From: Terriglobia bacterium
GTDB lineage: Bacteria > Acidobacteriota > Terriglobia > 20CM-2-55-15
Direction: 5' to 3'
DNA: 64,000 nucleotides
Assembly (NCBI GenBank): GCA_963664115.2
Contig: CAXWPJ010000009.1
Location: 160,001 to 224,000 of the forward strand
Positions 29,022 to 38,755 of this stretch are shown here, piece by piece (within the stretch, counting starts at the first letter, position 1; the number at the start of each line of letters is the position of its first letter). The position numbers and the translations under genes are program-made. Under the pieces are notes generated by a model. It worked only from the letters and a program-made list of their open reading frames with translations, made no database searches and had not been told where the DNA came from.

Positions 29022-30368
29022 ATGATTACTGAAAGTGCAATCGTTGCCATTGGAGGCCTGATCGCTGTGATCGCACTCCTGTTCTTGATGATCACGCGCT
29101 TCAAGTGGCACGTGTTCATTGCGCTCCTGGTGCCGATCGTGCTATTTGCCCTGCTGCCGGGCATCGATCGGAGTGCATTCATCACTGCTTTTGAACAGGG
29201 GTTTGGAGGCACGATCGAGAGCATCGCGGTCGTCATCGTGGTCGGATCCATCATTGCGGAAGCGCTCAAGCATACGGGTGGAATCGAACGCATTACGTCT
29301 TCGATGGTCCGTTGGGTGGGAGAGAAGCGCATGCCACTGGCTCTGACAATGAGCGGCTGGATAATTGGCCTGGCCATTTTTTCCGATGTTGGTTATGTGA
29401 TTCTCAATCCACTCGTCCATTCTGCCGCGCTCAAGAGCGCTCTGAACATGAGTGTCATGGCCACGGGCCTGGTTGGCGCGATGCAGATGACACACGCGAT
29501 GGTTCCGCCCACGCCGGGCCCGTTGGCGGCCGCTGCGCTGGTCGGTGCCGATCTGGGGACGGTGATCGTCTACGGAGGACTGGCAACCTTGATCGCTTCC
29601 TTGGCGGGTTGGGTTTTTGCCCTGGTGGCCGGACCCCATATCGTCTCTCCACCTTCGGAAGAATTCGTCGGCAAATCGCTCATCGAACAGGGACGGGAAT
29701 CGGAATTGCCTTCAACGTGGCGGGCCTACGCACCCATCCTCATTCCCTTGACCCTGATCGCGGGACAGAGCGCTGCGCGACTGATGTTGTCTGAAGATCA
29801 CATCGTCAACGCGGTGATGCTCTATCTGGGATGGCCCGTTGTGGCTCTCGGCATCGGTGTCCTGCTGGCGTACCGGAATACCACCCCGGACCAGGGGGCG
29901 GCCCGCACTGGCGAATGGGTCGAGAACGCGCTCCGGACCTCAGCCATGATCATCATGGTCACAGGCCTGGGCGGCGCGCTGAGTCAGATCCTTCGCGGAA
30001 CGCCGGCTGTCGAAACGATCGCCACTGCCGTTGCGTTCACGGGCTTGCCTGCGATCTTCCTGCCATTCGTTCTGGGCATCGTCGGCAACGTGATCACGGG
30101 CTCGACAACGGTAGGCGTTATCACTGCAGCGTCCGTGGTCGCTCCGATCATGGGTACGCTGGGCCTCAGCCCCGAGGCGACGATGTTGGCCGGCGCCGCC
30201 GGTTCGATCATCATCAAATTTCCCAACTCGAGCTACTTCTGGGTCTGTACTTCGCTTTCAAGGATGTCTTTGAAGGCTGCCCTGATGTCGTACGGGGGTG
30301 TGACCTTCGTGAACGGGACCGTCGCAATGGTGGTGGTGTATGCGTTGTGGGCGGCGGGTCTGATCTGA
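29022..30368 (+). CDS. GntP/DsdX family permease
   Basis: Multi-TM protein with IFSDVGYVIL, THAMVPPTPGP, GSTTV and NSSYFW. Confidence 0.88.
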   Translation: MITESAIVAIGGLIAVIALLFLMITRFKWHVFIALLVPIVLFALLPGIDRSAFITAFEQGFGGTIESIAVVIVVGSIIAEALKHTGGIERITSSMVRWVGEKRMPLALTMSGWIIGLAIFSDVGYVILNPLVHSAALKSALNMSVMATGLVGAMQMTHAMVPPTPGPLAAAALVGADLGTVIVYGGLATLIASLAGWVFALVAGPHIVSPPSEEFVGKSLIEQGRESELPSTWRAYAPILIPLTLIAGQSAARLMLSEDHIVNAVMLYLGWPVVALGIGVLLAYRNTTPDQGAARTGEWVENALRTSAMIIMVTGLGGALSQILRGTPAVETIATAVAFTGLPAIFLPFVLGIVGNVITGSTTVGVITAASVVAPIMGTLGLSPEATMLAGAAGSIIIKFPNSSYFWVCTSLSRMSLKAALMSYGGVTFVNGTVAMVVVYALWAAGLI

Positions 30369-30531
30369 CGAGGGTTGCTTGGTTCTTTCGCTCGTATCGA
30401 AGGTTCAGATTGAAGGTCTCGAAGGCCGCGCGCGTCGTTCAATGTCAGAAGCTGAGGCGTTCCCGCATGCAGGCTTGCGCTTGTCTTGAATTGTTGTCGC
30501 GAAGAGTCCGATACACTTTATGGGAAGCGGG

Positions 30532-31749
30532 TTAGCCGAGTGAGAAACTCTGCTCCGCCATATTGACGATGTAGCGGCCGATGACGAGCGAGGAGGTTGC
30601 CCCCGGAGAAGGTGCGTTGAGTACGTGGACTGCGTTGGGTGTCTGTTCGATACGGAAGTCATCCAGAAGAGAACCATCAGGCGCCACTGCCTGCGCCCGG
30701 ACGCCGGAGCCTCCCGGACCCAGATCGCTTGATGTCACTTCGGGTATCAGCTGCTGAAGGCTTTTGACGAACACGCTCTTCCTGAACGACCTGTTGATTT
30801 CCCACACAGCGATCTTCCATTCGCGAAGCGCCAGTCGCCAGAATCCCGGGTAAGCCAAAGTGTTGGCGAATTCGACGAGTGAGATGTCCCTCTTGCGGTA
30901 ACCCTCCCTTTTCGTTGCGAGCACAGCGTTTGGTCCCGCCTCCACAATGCCCTTCATCGTTTGTGTGAAGTGGACTCCCAGAAAGGGAAAATTCGGATCG
31001 GGAACTGGATATATCAGGCCTTTGACCAGGGATTCCTTTTCTTTGATCAGCGTGTAGTACTCACCCCGAAACGGGATGATTCTGAGGTTCGGCCGCACAC
31101 CCATCATTTGAGCCACGATGTCGGAATGCAGTCCGGCGCAGTTGACGACGTTCCGTGTCTTGAACTCTCCTGCATCGCTTTCGAGGATCGTTTCGCCTGC
31201 GGCCTTTATGACCCGTTTCAAGCGGGTGTTGAACTGTGCGTTCCCGCCATTCCGCTGCACCTTGTCTAAATAGACCCGGGCCACCTTACGAAAGTCGACG
31301 ATGCCGGTTCCGGGAGCCCACAGGGCCTTGATGGCGCGGACATGGGGTTCGATTTCCTGGATCCGTTCAGGTCCGACCAGTTCCAGTCCCTCGACCTCAT
31401 TTGCCATTCCACGTTCAAGAAGTGACTGGAGTCGCGGTATTTCCTCTTCGCGCGTTGCAACGATCAACTTGCCGCATGTCCATGTTGGGACCTCGTTGTC
31501 GACGCAGAACTGTGTCATCGAAGCGCGACCTTCGACACAAAACCGCGCCTTGAACGATCCCGGCTTGTAGTAGATCCCTGAGTGAATCACACCGCTGTTG
31601 TGGCCGGATTGCTGGGATGCGGGATGCGGATCTTTTTCGATGATGCAAACGCGCAGATCCGGGTGCCGCTCGAGCAGGTGCATTGCGGTTGAGAGGCCGA
31701 TCAGTCCGGCACCGATCACGGTTACATCGTATCGTTGGGTCGTCGCCAA
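30532..31749 (-). CDS. lhgO: L-2-hydroxyglutarate oxidase
   Basis: IGAGLIG, SGHNSGVIHSGIYY, IPFRGEY, IYPVPDP.FPFLGVH, GVRAQA, NAPSPGATSS. Confidence 0.9.
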   Translation of the reverse strand: MATTQRYDVTVIGAGLIGLSTAMHLLERHPDLRVCIIEKDPHPASQQSGHNSGVIHSGIYYKPGSFKARFCVEGRASMTQFCVDNEVPTWTCGKLIVATREEEIPRLQSLLERGMANEVEGLELVGPERIQEIEPHVRAIKALWAPGTGIVDFRKVARVYLDKVQRNGGNAQFNTRLKRVIKAAGETILESDAGEFKTRNVVNCAGLHSDIVAQMMGVRPNLRIIPFRGEYYTLIKEKESLVKGLIYPVPDPNFPFLGVHFTQTMKGIVEAGPNAVLATKREGYRKRDISLVEFANTLAYPGFWRLALREWKIAVWEINRSFRKSVFVKSLQQLIPEVTSSDLGPGGSGVRAQAVAPDGSLLDDFRIEQTPNAVHVLNAPSPGATSSLVIGRYIVNMAEQSFSLG

Positions 31750-31815
31750 GGATTCTCCTTTCAGGGTTCACTGACGGTGAATTGGGATCCACACATACCC
31801 CGAAGTACATTACCA

Positions 31816-32971
31816 CTAGTGGTCCCCGTCAAACAGACTGTACCTTATTGAGGCTCTTGCGAGCGCGTTGGACTTTTTCAAGGATGTCGGAAGCCTTAGC
31901 GGTCCAGATGAACGGCTTTGGATTCTGGTTATGGCCGGCGACGTAGTTTTCCACGGCCCTTATTAACTCCGGAACAGAGCAGAAAACCCCACGCCGAAGC
32001 CGTTGTTCAGAAAGATCCCGGAAGAAGCGTTCAACCATGTTGAGCCAGGATGCGCTGGTTGGCGTGAAGTGCACATGAAATCGTGAGTTGCGCTTGAGCC
32101 AGTTGACGGCTTTCTGGTGTTTGTGCGTCGCATAGTTGTCGCAGATGATATGGATCTGCTTGTCTTTGGGCACGGAGCGTTTGATTGTATTGAGAAACCG
32201 AATCCACTCCTGATGCCGATGCTTGGGCATGCAGGTCCCAATCACTGAACCGTCCAGGGTATTGAGCGCGGCGAACAACGTGGTCGTTCCATTGCGCTTG
32301 TAATCGTGGGTCATGGTGCCACCGCGCCCCTTCTTCAAAGGTAACCCGGGTTGCGTACGATCCAGGGCCTGCATCTGGCTCTTCTCATCGCAGGATAAGA
32401 CGATGGCGTTTTCCGGCGGACTCAGATACAGACCGACCACATCCTCCAGCTTCTCGGCAAATTGTTTGTCGTTGGACAGTTTGAATGTGCGTGACAGATG
32501 TGGCTTCAGTCCATGGGCCCGCCAAATCCTTCCGACTGTCGCATCGCTGACTCCGGTCGCCGCCGCCATCAAAGACCGGCTCCAATGCGTCGCGTTGGGG
32601 GGCTTCTCTTCAATCGTCTTCTTCACGATCCGGGCCCGCTTCCGGGCGCTGATCGAGGGAATTCGTCCACTTCGGTGCGCGTCCTTTTCGATCCCTGCCA
32701 GTCCATGTCGCACAAAACGATCGCGCCATCGCCCGGCCTTCTGGCGCGTAATCTTCAGCCGGGCTGCGATATCCTGATTATTCAGCCCTTCGTCGGCCAG
32801 TAAGATAATTCGGGATCGTTCTGCCAACCGTACCGTCGTACTCCGGCTTCGACTCAGTCGTTTCAATTCCTTGCGCTGTTCGTTATCCAATTCAATCGTT
32901 GCTGCTTTTCTCATACCAACATTTGACGTTGGAAAAGCAATTACGTTACATTAATTTCGACGGACTACACT
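31816..32971 (-). mobile_element. IS630-family element, variant B copy 1
   Basis: One end is CTAGTGGTCCCCG (31816). The other is ...GGACTACAC followed by TCG rather than TAG. Direct repeat of 58876-60033. Confidence 0.95.
31829..32914 (-). CDS. IS630-family DDE transposase
   Basis: Same motifs as 5749-6834; protein identical to 58889-59974. Confidence 0.97.
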   Translation of the reverse strand: MRKAATIELDNEQRKELKRLSRSRSTTVRLAERSRIILLADEGLNNQDIAARLKITRQKAGRWRDRFVRHGLAGIEKDAHRSGRIPSISARKRARIVKKTIEEKPPNATHWSRSLMAAATGVSDATVGRIWRAHGLKPHLSRTFKLSNDKQFAEKLEDVVGLYLSPPENAIVLSCDEKSQMQALDRTQPGLPLKKGRGGTMTHDYKRNGTTTLFAALNTLDGSVIGTCMPKHRHQEWIRFLNTIKRSVPKDKQIHIICDNYATHKHQKAVNWLKRNSRFHVHFTPTSASWLNMVERFFRDLSEQRLRRGVFCSVPELIRAVENYVAGHNQNPKPFIWTAKASDILEKVQRARKSLNKVQSV

Positions 32972-33207
32972 CGCGGAGCTGGATTCGCCCCCAGCACGAT
33001 GATCAAGGCGCAGAGACTCCCTTCCATGTCTCACGACTGTCTGACGAACTCTCTTGTCATCGGCAATGAGGGCAGACAGCCTTGCCGGGGTACAGGCCTC
33101 CGAGCTGGACGCCTCAGAGCGACGTGGTAAGTCTCAAATGGGGCTATACCCCCTTGATGGGAGAGAGCGTTGACAGTCAGTAACTAAAAGAAAACAGCTG
33201 CTTTACA

Positions 33208-33216
33208 TGCTAAACT
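33208..33216 (+). promoter_or_regulatory. extended -10 element upstream of the tRNA-Ser fragment
   Basis: TGcTAAACT ends 7 bp before the first base of the tRNA. Confidence 0.5.
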
Positions 33217-33223
33217 GAGCGAC

Positions 33224-33266
33224 GGAGGAATGGCCGAGTGGTTGAAGGCGGTGGTCTTGAAAACCA
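33224..33266 (+). tRNA. 5' fragment of tRNA-Ser(TGA), lacking the T arm and 3' acceptor strand
   Basis: GGAGGAATGGCCGAGTGGTTGAAGGCGGTGGTCTTGAAAACCA gives the acceptor 5' strand, D arm and anticodon arm (TGA at 33258-33260). No GTTCGAATC follows. Confidence 0.85.
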
Positions 33267-33290
33267 AGCTGGTAATAGCTCGTTCTTTCC

Positions 33291-33366
33291 GCTCAATCGT
33301 TTAGCTGATCGTTGTTGCCTCGTTTTACCTACTGTTTGGGCTATTCTGTGGCAGAAACTGTGGCAG
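33291..33366 (+). other. att-like flank: IHF-like site and direct repeat
   Basis: TCAATCGTTTA resembles the TCAANNNNTTR IHF core. CTGTGGCAG repeats at 33346 and 33358, like tyrosine-integrase arm sites. Confidence 0.55.
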
Positions 33367-33434
33367 GAATCTCCCGACCGCTCGTCCGCTTTCCGCGTCA
33401 GGCTATATGTGGGCGTACCCTATGCAACCGATAG

Positions 33435-34859
33435 CTAAGGTGGGCTTAGAACAGAGGGCCCTTGGCAGCCCGTGGCAGAAGTGGCATATTTTGAGCCGGA
33501 ATTCACAGGAGTGTTCCGGGAAGGATCGGCTGCGAAATCGTTTCGGGAGCGGTGACGATCGAAAGAGAGCGTTGCATAGTGGCTCCAGAGCAGTATCAGG
33601 GTGAACAAGGCAGTGACATGCTGGCCCTGAAGGCCTCGCGGTGTGCCATTCCCGAAATTGTTCCGAAGAATCAGGCTCAGATTCAACGCAGCGTACTGAA
33701 TCAGAACACGCTTGAGAATGTTGTCGCGATGTCGCAGGTGAACCCGACGCATTGCGCCAGTTTCCAGCGTGTGCGCAAACGGTTGTTCCAACATCAGTCC
33801 CCGCTGTCGGAGTAACCGCTTGCCCCGCTCACCCCGGATCCGCCGCCGGTTCGCATAGACGGCCTTTTGTTCGTCGGGCTTGCCTTTCCAGTTGCGCCGG
33901 CCCCGGTCCGGCTCCGAGATGTAGCTGCGCATATTGAGGTCCCTGAAACCGGTCAGCGTATCGTTACTGTGATATCCCTTATCGGCCACGATTTCGGAGA
34001 GGCAATCATCCCGCAACTTCGATTCAGGATCGGCCGCCAGTGTCTCCATCTGACGAGCCGCTTCGATCATCGTCTCTTTGATCGTCGTCGTGTCGCCCTG
34101 GTCGGTGCCCTGCACGGTGACTGCCAGGATGGCCCCGGTCTTCATGTCGGCGGCATGTGCGACCTTGTGCGCCAGATCAGTCCGGCCGTCCTTCATCTTC
34201 GTGATTCGCGCGTCCGGGTCGTGGGGATGTTCCCACTCTTTGTTCGATCCCTTCTTCGTGCGCTTTCGGTCCAGCCGGGCCCGCTCGGCCTGGGTCGGAG
34301 TCTCAATGCCCGACGCCTGCGCCAGCCGTGTCAGGAACTCGTTGTAGGCTTCTCCGGTATCCCGTCTCACGATCGTTCGCATCGCCGCATTCGCCTCCAG
34401 CGTCGATGCATCCACGCCCACCGTCTTCCCATCGATCAGGCCCTCACTGGCCAACACGCCCAACATCCACGAAAAAACCTTTCCATGCGTTTCCAGATCG
34501 ATCAGCCGTCGGGTTCGCGACACCGTCGAATGATCCGCCACCGCGTCGCTCAGTCCCAATCCCAGAAATTCCCGCAAGCTCAGAGAATCGGCACACCGCC
34601 ATGCGATTCCCCGCTCCGAATCGATCCCTTCAAAGTAGCCGACCAGCAGCATCCGAAAATACCTGCCCGGTGCCAGGCTCGGCCGACCCATCACTGCGGC
34701 GTAGAACTTCTCGCAGGCATCCTCGACGAACCGGTCGAAATTCGTCTCATTCAGGATTCGGTTCACCCGTTCATAGAACACGTGGCCCGCGGTTCGCGGC
34801 AACTCCGCCGTCGCCACCCACAACGTCTCCTGTCGGTCCTTTCTTCGTCCCATTCCCAT
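33435..34859 (-). CDS. IS1182-like DDE transposase
   Basis: GRPSLAP..YFRMLL..YFEGIDSER (DUF772-type N-terminus), VGVDAS, ADKGY. The ORF reads through the element end. Confidence 0.9.
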   Translation of the reverse strand: MGMGRRKDRQETLWVATAELPRTAGHVFYERVNRILNETNFDRFVEDACEKFYAAVMGRPSLAPGRYFRMLLVGYFEGIDSERGIAWRCADSLSLREFLGLGLSDAVADHSTVSRTRRLIDLETHGKVFSWMLGVLASEGLIDGKTVGVDASTLEANAAMRTIVRRDTGEAYNEFLTRLAQASGIETPTQAERARLDRKRTKKGSNKEWEHPHDPDARITKMKDGRTDLAHKVAHAADMKTGAILAVTVQGTDQGDTTTIKETMIEAARQMETLAADPESKLRDDCLSEIVADKGYHSNDTLTGFRDLNMRSYISEPDRGRRNWKGKPDEQKAVYANRRRIRGERGKRLLRQRGLMLEQPFAHTLETGAMRRVHLRHRDNILKRVLIQYAALNLSLILRNNFGNGTPRGLQGQHVTALFTLILLWSHYATLSFDRHRSRNDFAADPSRNTPVNSGSKYATSATGCQGPSVLSPP

Positions 34860-34954
34860 AGCGCGGTCTCCTTACCTCAATGTTCCTCGCGATATGGTCG
34901 CATCCGGTCCTTCTTCTAAATACTATGAAACCGACTTTCACCACGGGCTGCTAG
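33465..34954 (-). mobile_element. IS1182/IS5-like element
   Basis: IRs GCAGCCCGTGGCAGAAGT (33465) and ACTTTCACCACGGGCTGC, the latter followed by TAG (CTAG 34951-34954). Confidence 0.88.
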
Positions 34955-36425
34955 TACTACTGTGTTACAAAATGACGAGCTTGTGTTAGCATTGGCACAT
35001 GAGCGCCAAAACGAAGGCGCCAGGCACTCAGGAAGAACGTTTTGCGGCCTATATGGAACGCCTGGCGTCGGCCGCCGGACACGCCGACCGTCATGAACCG
35101 CTGAAGTGGTACTGCAAGGGATTGCTGCTGCCAATCAAGCGCAAGAGCGTGGAGCCGATGGCGGCGCGATTGGCTCCGGATAATGTGCGCCAAATGCATC
35201 AGTCGCTGCATCACCTGGTGGCGGATGCCCCCTGGGAGGATGCGGCCATATTGCGACAAGTCCGGGAGTCGACGTTGCCGGGGATGGAAGCGCACGGTCC
35301 GATTGAATCGTGGATTGTCGACGACACCGGATTCGTGAAGAAGGGGACCCACTCGGTAGGTGTGGCCCGGCAATACTGTGGACAGGTCGGCAAGCAGGAG
35401 AACTGCCGGGTGGCGGTCAGTCTGTCGGTAGCGACGGCGAAATCGAGTCTGCCCGTGGCATGGCGGCTGTACCTGCCGAAGCTTTGGGCGAACGATGCCG
35501 AACGCCGCAAGAAGACCGGTGTCCCCGACGCGGTTGGATTCCAGACCAAAATCGCGATTGCTCTGGACCAAATCCGACAGGCGATTGCGGACGGTGTGGG
35601 GACGGCTCCCGTGTTGGCCGATGCCGCCTACGGCAACGACAGTAAGTTTCGCGCGACGATTACCGCACTGGGGCTGCCTTATGTGGTTGGCATCCAATCC
35701 TCGACCTCGGTCTGGGAGCCCGGTCGGCAACCCCTGCCCAAGAAGTCGTGGACCGGCCAGGGGCGCCCGCCGACGCTGTTGAGGCGTCACAAGAAGCATC
35801 GTCCTGTTTCGGTCAAACAACTGGCTCTCTCCTTGCCTCGACAAAAATGGAAGAACGTGTCCTGGCGCGAAGGCACGGCCGACACGTTGCGCTCCCGCTT
35901 CGCCGCAATCCGGATTCGCACGGCTCATCGCGATCATGAGCGCCACGAGCCCCATCCGGAAGAATGGTTGTTGATCGAATGGCCCAAGACCGAATCCGAA
36001 CCGGTTCAATACTGGCTCTCCAGTCTCGGGACCAATACCTCTCTTTCAAATCTGGTCTATCGGGCCAAGCATCGCTGGATCATCGAACGCGACTATCAGG
36101 AACTCAAGCAGGAACTCGGACTGGGCCATTACGAAGGTCGCGGCTGGCGTGGATTTCACCACCATGGCGCTTTATGCATCGCAGCTTATGGGTTCCTGGT
36201 CGCTGAGCGGAACCGTTTTTCCCCCTCTGCATTTGTCACGCATGTTGGACTATCCGTCCCCCAACTCCCCAGACACTTCAAACCCCGCGGAGCCCCGGAT
36301 CCGGCCCGAGCGACATAATCCGTGCTCGATCGCCTCACTTCGCATTCGCATCGCACGATTCCTCATCCAGCAACTCCCGTGCTGTCCGCTCTGTGGGCCG
36401 CTTCGTTTGTAACACAGTAGTACTA
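34952..36425 (+). mobile_element. IS701-family element
   Basis: Perfect 20-bp IRs TAGTACTACTGTGTTACAAA / TTTGTAACACAGTAGTACTA. Confidence 0.92.
34999..36318 (+). CDS. IS701-family transposase
   Basis: RKSVEPMA, IVDDTGF.KKG.HSVGVARQYCG..GK..NC, ADAAYG, RWIIERDYQELKQELGL.HYEGR.W.GFHHH. Confidence 0.95.
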   Translation: MSAKTKAPGTQEERFAAYMERLASAAGHADRHEPLKWYCKGLLLPIKRKSVEPMAARLAPDNVRQMHQSLHHLVADAPWEDAAILRQVRESTLPGMEAHGPIESWIVDDTGFVKKGTHSVGVARQYCGQVGKQENCRVAVSLSVATAKSSLPVAWRLYLPKLWANDAERRKKTGVPDAVGFQTKIAIALDQIRQAIADGVGTAPVLADAAYGNDSKFRATITALGLPYVVGIQSSTSVWEPGRQPLPKKSWTGQGRPPTLLRRHKKHRPVSVKQLALSLPRQKWKNVSWREGTADTLRSRFAAIRIRTAHRDHERHEPHPEEWLLIEWPKTESEPVQYWLSSLGTNTSLSNLVYRAKHRWIIERDYQELKQELGLGHYEGRGWRGFHHHGALCIAAYGFLVAERNRFSPSAFVTHVGLSVPQLPRHFKPRGAPDPARAT

Positions 36426-37106
36426 TGTGCTTGCAGGAAAATTTCGATTGGGAAAAAAGGTCGGGGCGGAAGGGATGGGGATCGTGTACCGTGCAGTCGA
36501 TCTGACCCTGCGGCGACCGGTGGCAATAAAGGCCTTGCCCCGCATGTCACCCGTAGCATCACTTCGTTTGCGGCGGGAAGCTCGAGCTATTGCTGCGGTA
36601 AATCACCCCAATCTCGCCATGATATTCGGCGCTCAGACTTGGAAAGGCACTCCGATGCTCGTCTTCGAGTTTCTCGAAGGTGGCAGTCTTCGAGATCTAT
36701 TAAAACGAGGACAATTGCCTTACGCTGAGGCGCTTCAACTCGGCATCACACTGGCTGACGTACTCGACCATATACACGGCGCCGGTATCCTGCACCGGGA
36801 CATTAAGCCAGGCAACATTGGATTCACGGCAACTCACGTCCCGAAACTGATGGATTTTGGCCTGGCGAGGATTTTTTCGTGGACACAGTGGCAGGACCAC
36901 TCAACGCTATATCGTGAGAACGAAGATCCAGACCAGACCTTGACCGTTCCCTTCGGTTCCACCGGTGACGGGAAAGGTTTGGCTGGAACACCGCTCTATT
37001 TGTCTCCAGAAGCGATTAAGGGTCTAAAACCATCTCCCCTGAACGATTTGTGGGCTTTGGCGATAACGCTGTTCGAATCTTTGGCCGGCGCACACCCTCT
37101 TGCTGA

Positions 37107-38491
37107 GAGTTATAACCGAATCTGGTGTTTGAGGGATTGAATAAGAGCGGCGTATCTGGTTGATTTGTTGTGACAAAACTTCAAAGCAACCATAGGAGAT
37201 ACGCCACTGTGAGCAAGAGTAACGTGAATGGACCGGAAGGTCGAGAAACGATTGAGGATCCAGTAACAGAACTACTACGAGTTGGGGCACAGCAACTGAT
37301 CCAACGCGCAGTGGAAGCCGAATTGGCAGAGCTGCTATCCCAGCACGGTGGCCGGCGAACTGAGACAGGAAACGCCGGGGTGGTACGCAACGGTTATCTG
37401 CCGGAACGCGAACTGCAGACGGGATTGGGTCCGGTAACAGTCCAAATCCCGAAGGTCCGTGCCAAGACGGGCGAAGCTGTGACGTTCCGATCGGCCCTGG
37501 TACCACCGTACATTCGGAAGACGAAGTCGCTGGAAGCAGCGGTGCCGTGGTTGTATTTGAAAGGCGTTTCCAGCGGCGAGATGGGTGAGGCCCTAAAAGT
37601 TCTTGTCGGTCCCCAGGCGCAGGGTCTGTCGGCGAGCACGGTATCGCGGTTGAAACAGGTTTGGGGCGAACAGTACCGCCTCGGATGCGAGGAGCGTTTG
37701 GATGCAGATCGCTGGGTCTATGTCTGGGCCGACGGCATCTACAGCGGACTTCGGGCGGAACAAACCAAGTTGTGTGCATTGGTCGTGATCGGCGTGAATG
37801 AACGCGGAGAGAAGCGTTTCCTGGCGATCGAAGACGGTGTACGGGAATCGACACAGAGTTGGCGCGAGGTCTTGTTGAAGCTGAAGTCCCGTGGGATGAA
37901 TGTTCCGAAGTTGGCCATCGGTGACGGTGCGATGGGGTTCTGGGCCGCACTGGAGGAAATCTATCCCGAGACACGTCAACAACGTTGCTGGATGCACAAA
38001 GTCATGAACGTCCTCAACTGCCTGCCCAAGTCGGTCCAGGCGAAGGCGAAACAGGCCCTGCACTCGATCTGGCAGGCCGAGACGAAGGCAGACGCCGAGA
38101 AGGCATTCGACTTGTTCATTGAAACCTATGAACCGAAGTATCCGAAAGCCACACTCTGCCTGCAGAAAGACAGAGAGGAACTGCTGGCCTTTTACGACTT
38201 TCCGGCCAAGCACTGGCAGAGCATCAGAACGACGAATCCCATTGAGTCGACCTTTGCCACCATTCGACACCGAACGAAGCGATCCAGAGGTTGCCTGACA
38301 CGGGATGGCATGCTGCACATGATGTTCAAACTGGGCCAGTGCGCTGAGAACAATTGGCGACGATTACGAGGATTCGATGATCTGAGCAAGGTAATCATCG
38401 GAGTGAAATTCAACGATGGTGTCGAAGCGACACAAGTCGATCAGGCCGCCGCTTGAATCAATCTCCTAAACACCACTTTTGACAATAACTC
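37107..38491 (+). mobile_element. IS256-family element with a 9-bp target duplication
   Basis: IRs GAGTTAT...TGGTGTTT. DR TCTTGCTGA at 37098-37106 and 38492-38500. Confidence 0.96.
37209..38456 (+). CDS. IS256-family (mutator) transposase
   Basis: RNGY, YVWADG, RES..SW, GDGAMGF, QRCWMHK, IRTTNPIES. GTG start follows AGGAG. Confidence 0.95.
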   Translation: MSKSNVNGPEGRETIEDPVTELLRVGAQQLIQRAVEAELAELLSQHGGRRTETGNAGVVRNGYLPERELQTGLGPVTVQIPKVRAKTGEAVTFRSALVPPYIRKTKSLEAAVPWLYLKGVSSGEMGEALKVLVGPQAQGLSASTVSRLKQVWGEQYRLGCEERLDADRWVYVWADGIYSGLRAEQTKLCALVVIGVNERGEKRFLAIEDGVRESTQSWREVLLKLKSRGMNVPKLAIGDGAMGFWAALEEIYPETRQQRCWMHKVMNVLNCLPKSVQAKAKQALHSIWQAETKADAEKAFDLFIETYEPKYPKATLCLQKDREELLAFYDFPAKHWQSIRTTNPIESTFATIRHRTKRSRGCLTRDGMLHMMFKLGQCAENNWRRLRGFDDLSKVIIGVKFNDGVEATQVDQAAA

Positions 38492-38725
38492 TCTTGCTGA
38501 CTGTCCGGCCCACGAAATCAACGAACGCATTGCCAAAAGTAGTCTTCCAAGAATTGAAAGTGTCTTTCCCGAGTGCACTCCCGATCTCTCAAGTTTCTTC
38601 AACCGTGCGCTCGCTTCGGACCCATCACTCAGACACGCATCAGGAAGAGAATTCCAGGAACATTTGGAGGACGTAGCCGGATCCGCCATGAGTCGGACCC
38701 ACTCGCCCTGACTGCCTGAGTCTAA

Positions 38726-38755
38726 CGAACCCGTCCAGCATCGCAGATGGGTTCG
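38726..38755. terminator. hairpin between the convergent kinase and activator genes
   Basis: CGAACCCGTC...GATGGGTTCG forms a 10-bp stem with one G-U pair. Confidence 0.5.

Larger units (their letters stand above)
36424..38711 (+). pseudogene. Hanks-type Ser/Thr protein kinase, cut at the 5' end by IS701 and split by IS256
   Basis: GMGIVY, VAIK, HRDIKPGN, DFGLA, GTPLYLSPE. Removing IS256 plus one DR restores GAHPLAD-CPAHEINERI...RALASDPSLR...HSP*, with the stop at 38709-38711. Confidence 0.92.

Noticed and set aside
31808-31825. Palindrome ACCACTAGTGGT suggesting a second abutting IS end
   Set aside because: Only about 4 bp match beyond CTAG, and the flank runs directly into the lhgO leader.
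33224-33300. Intact or intron-split tRNA-Ser
   Set aside because: There is no T-loop or CCA. The break lies after the anticodon stem rather than in the loop, and I saw no group I intron core or 3' exon.
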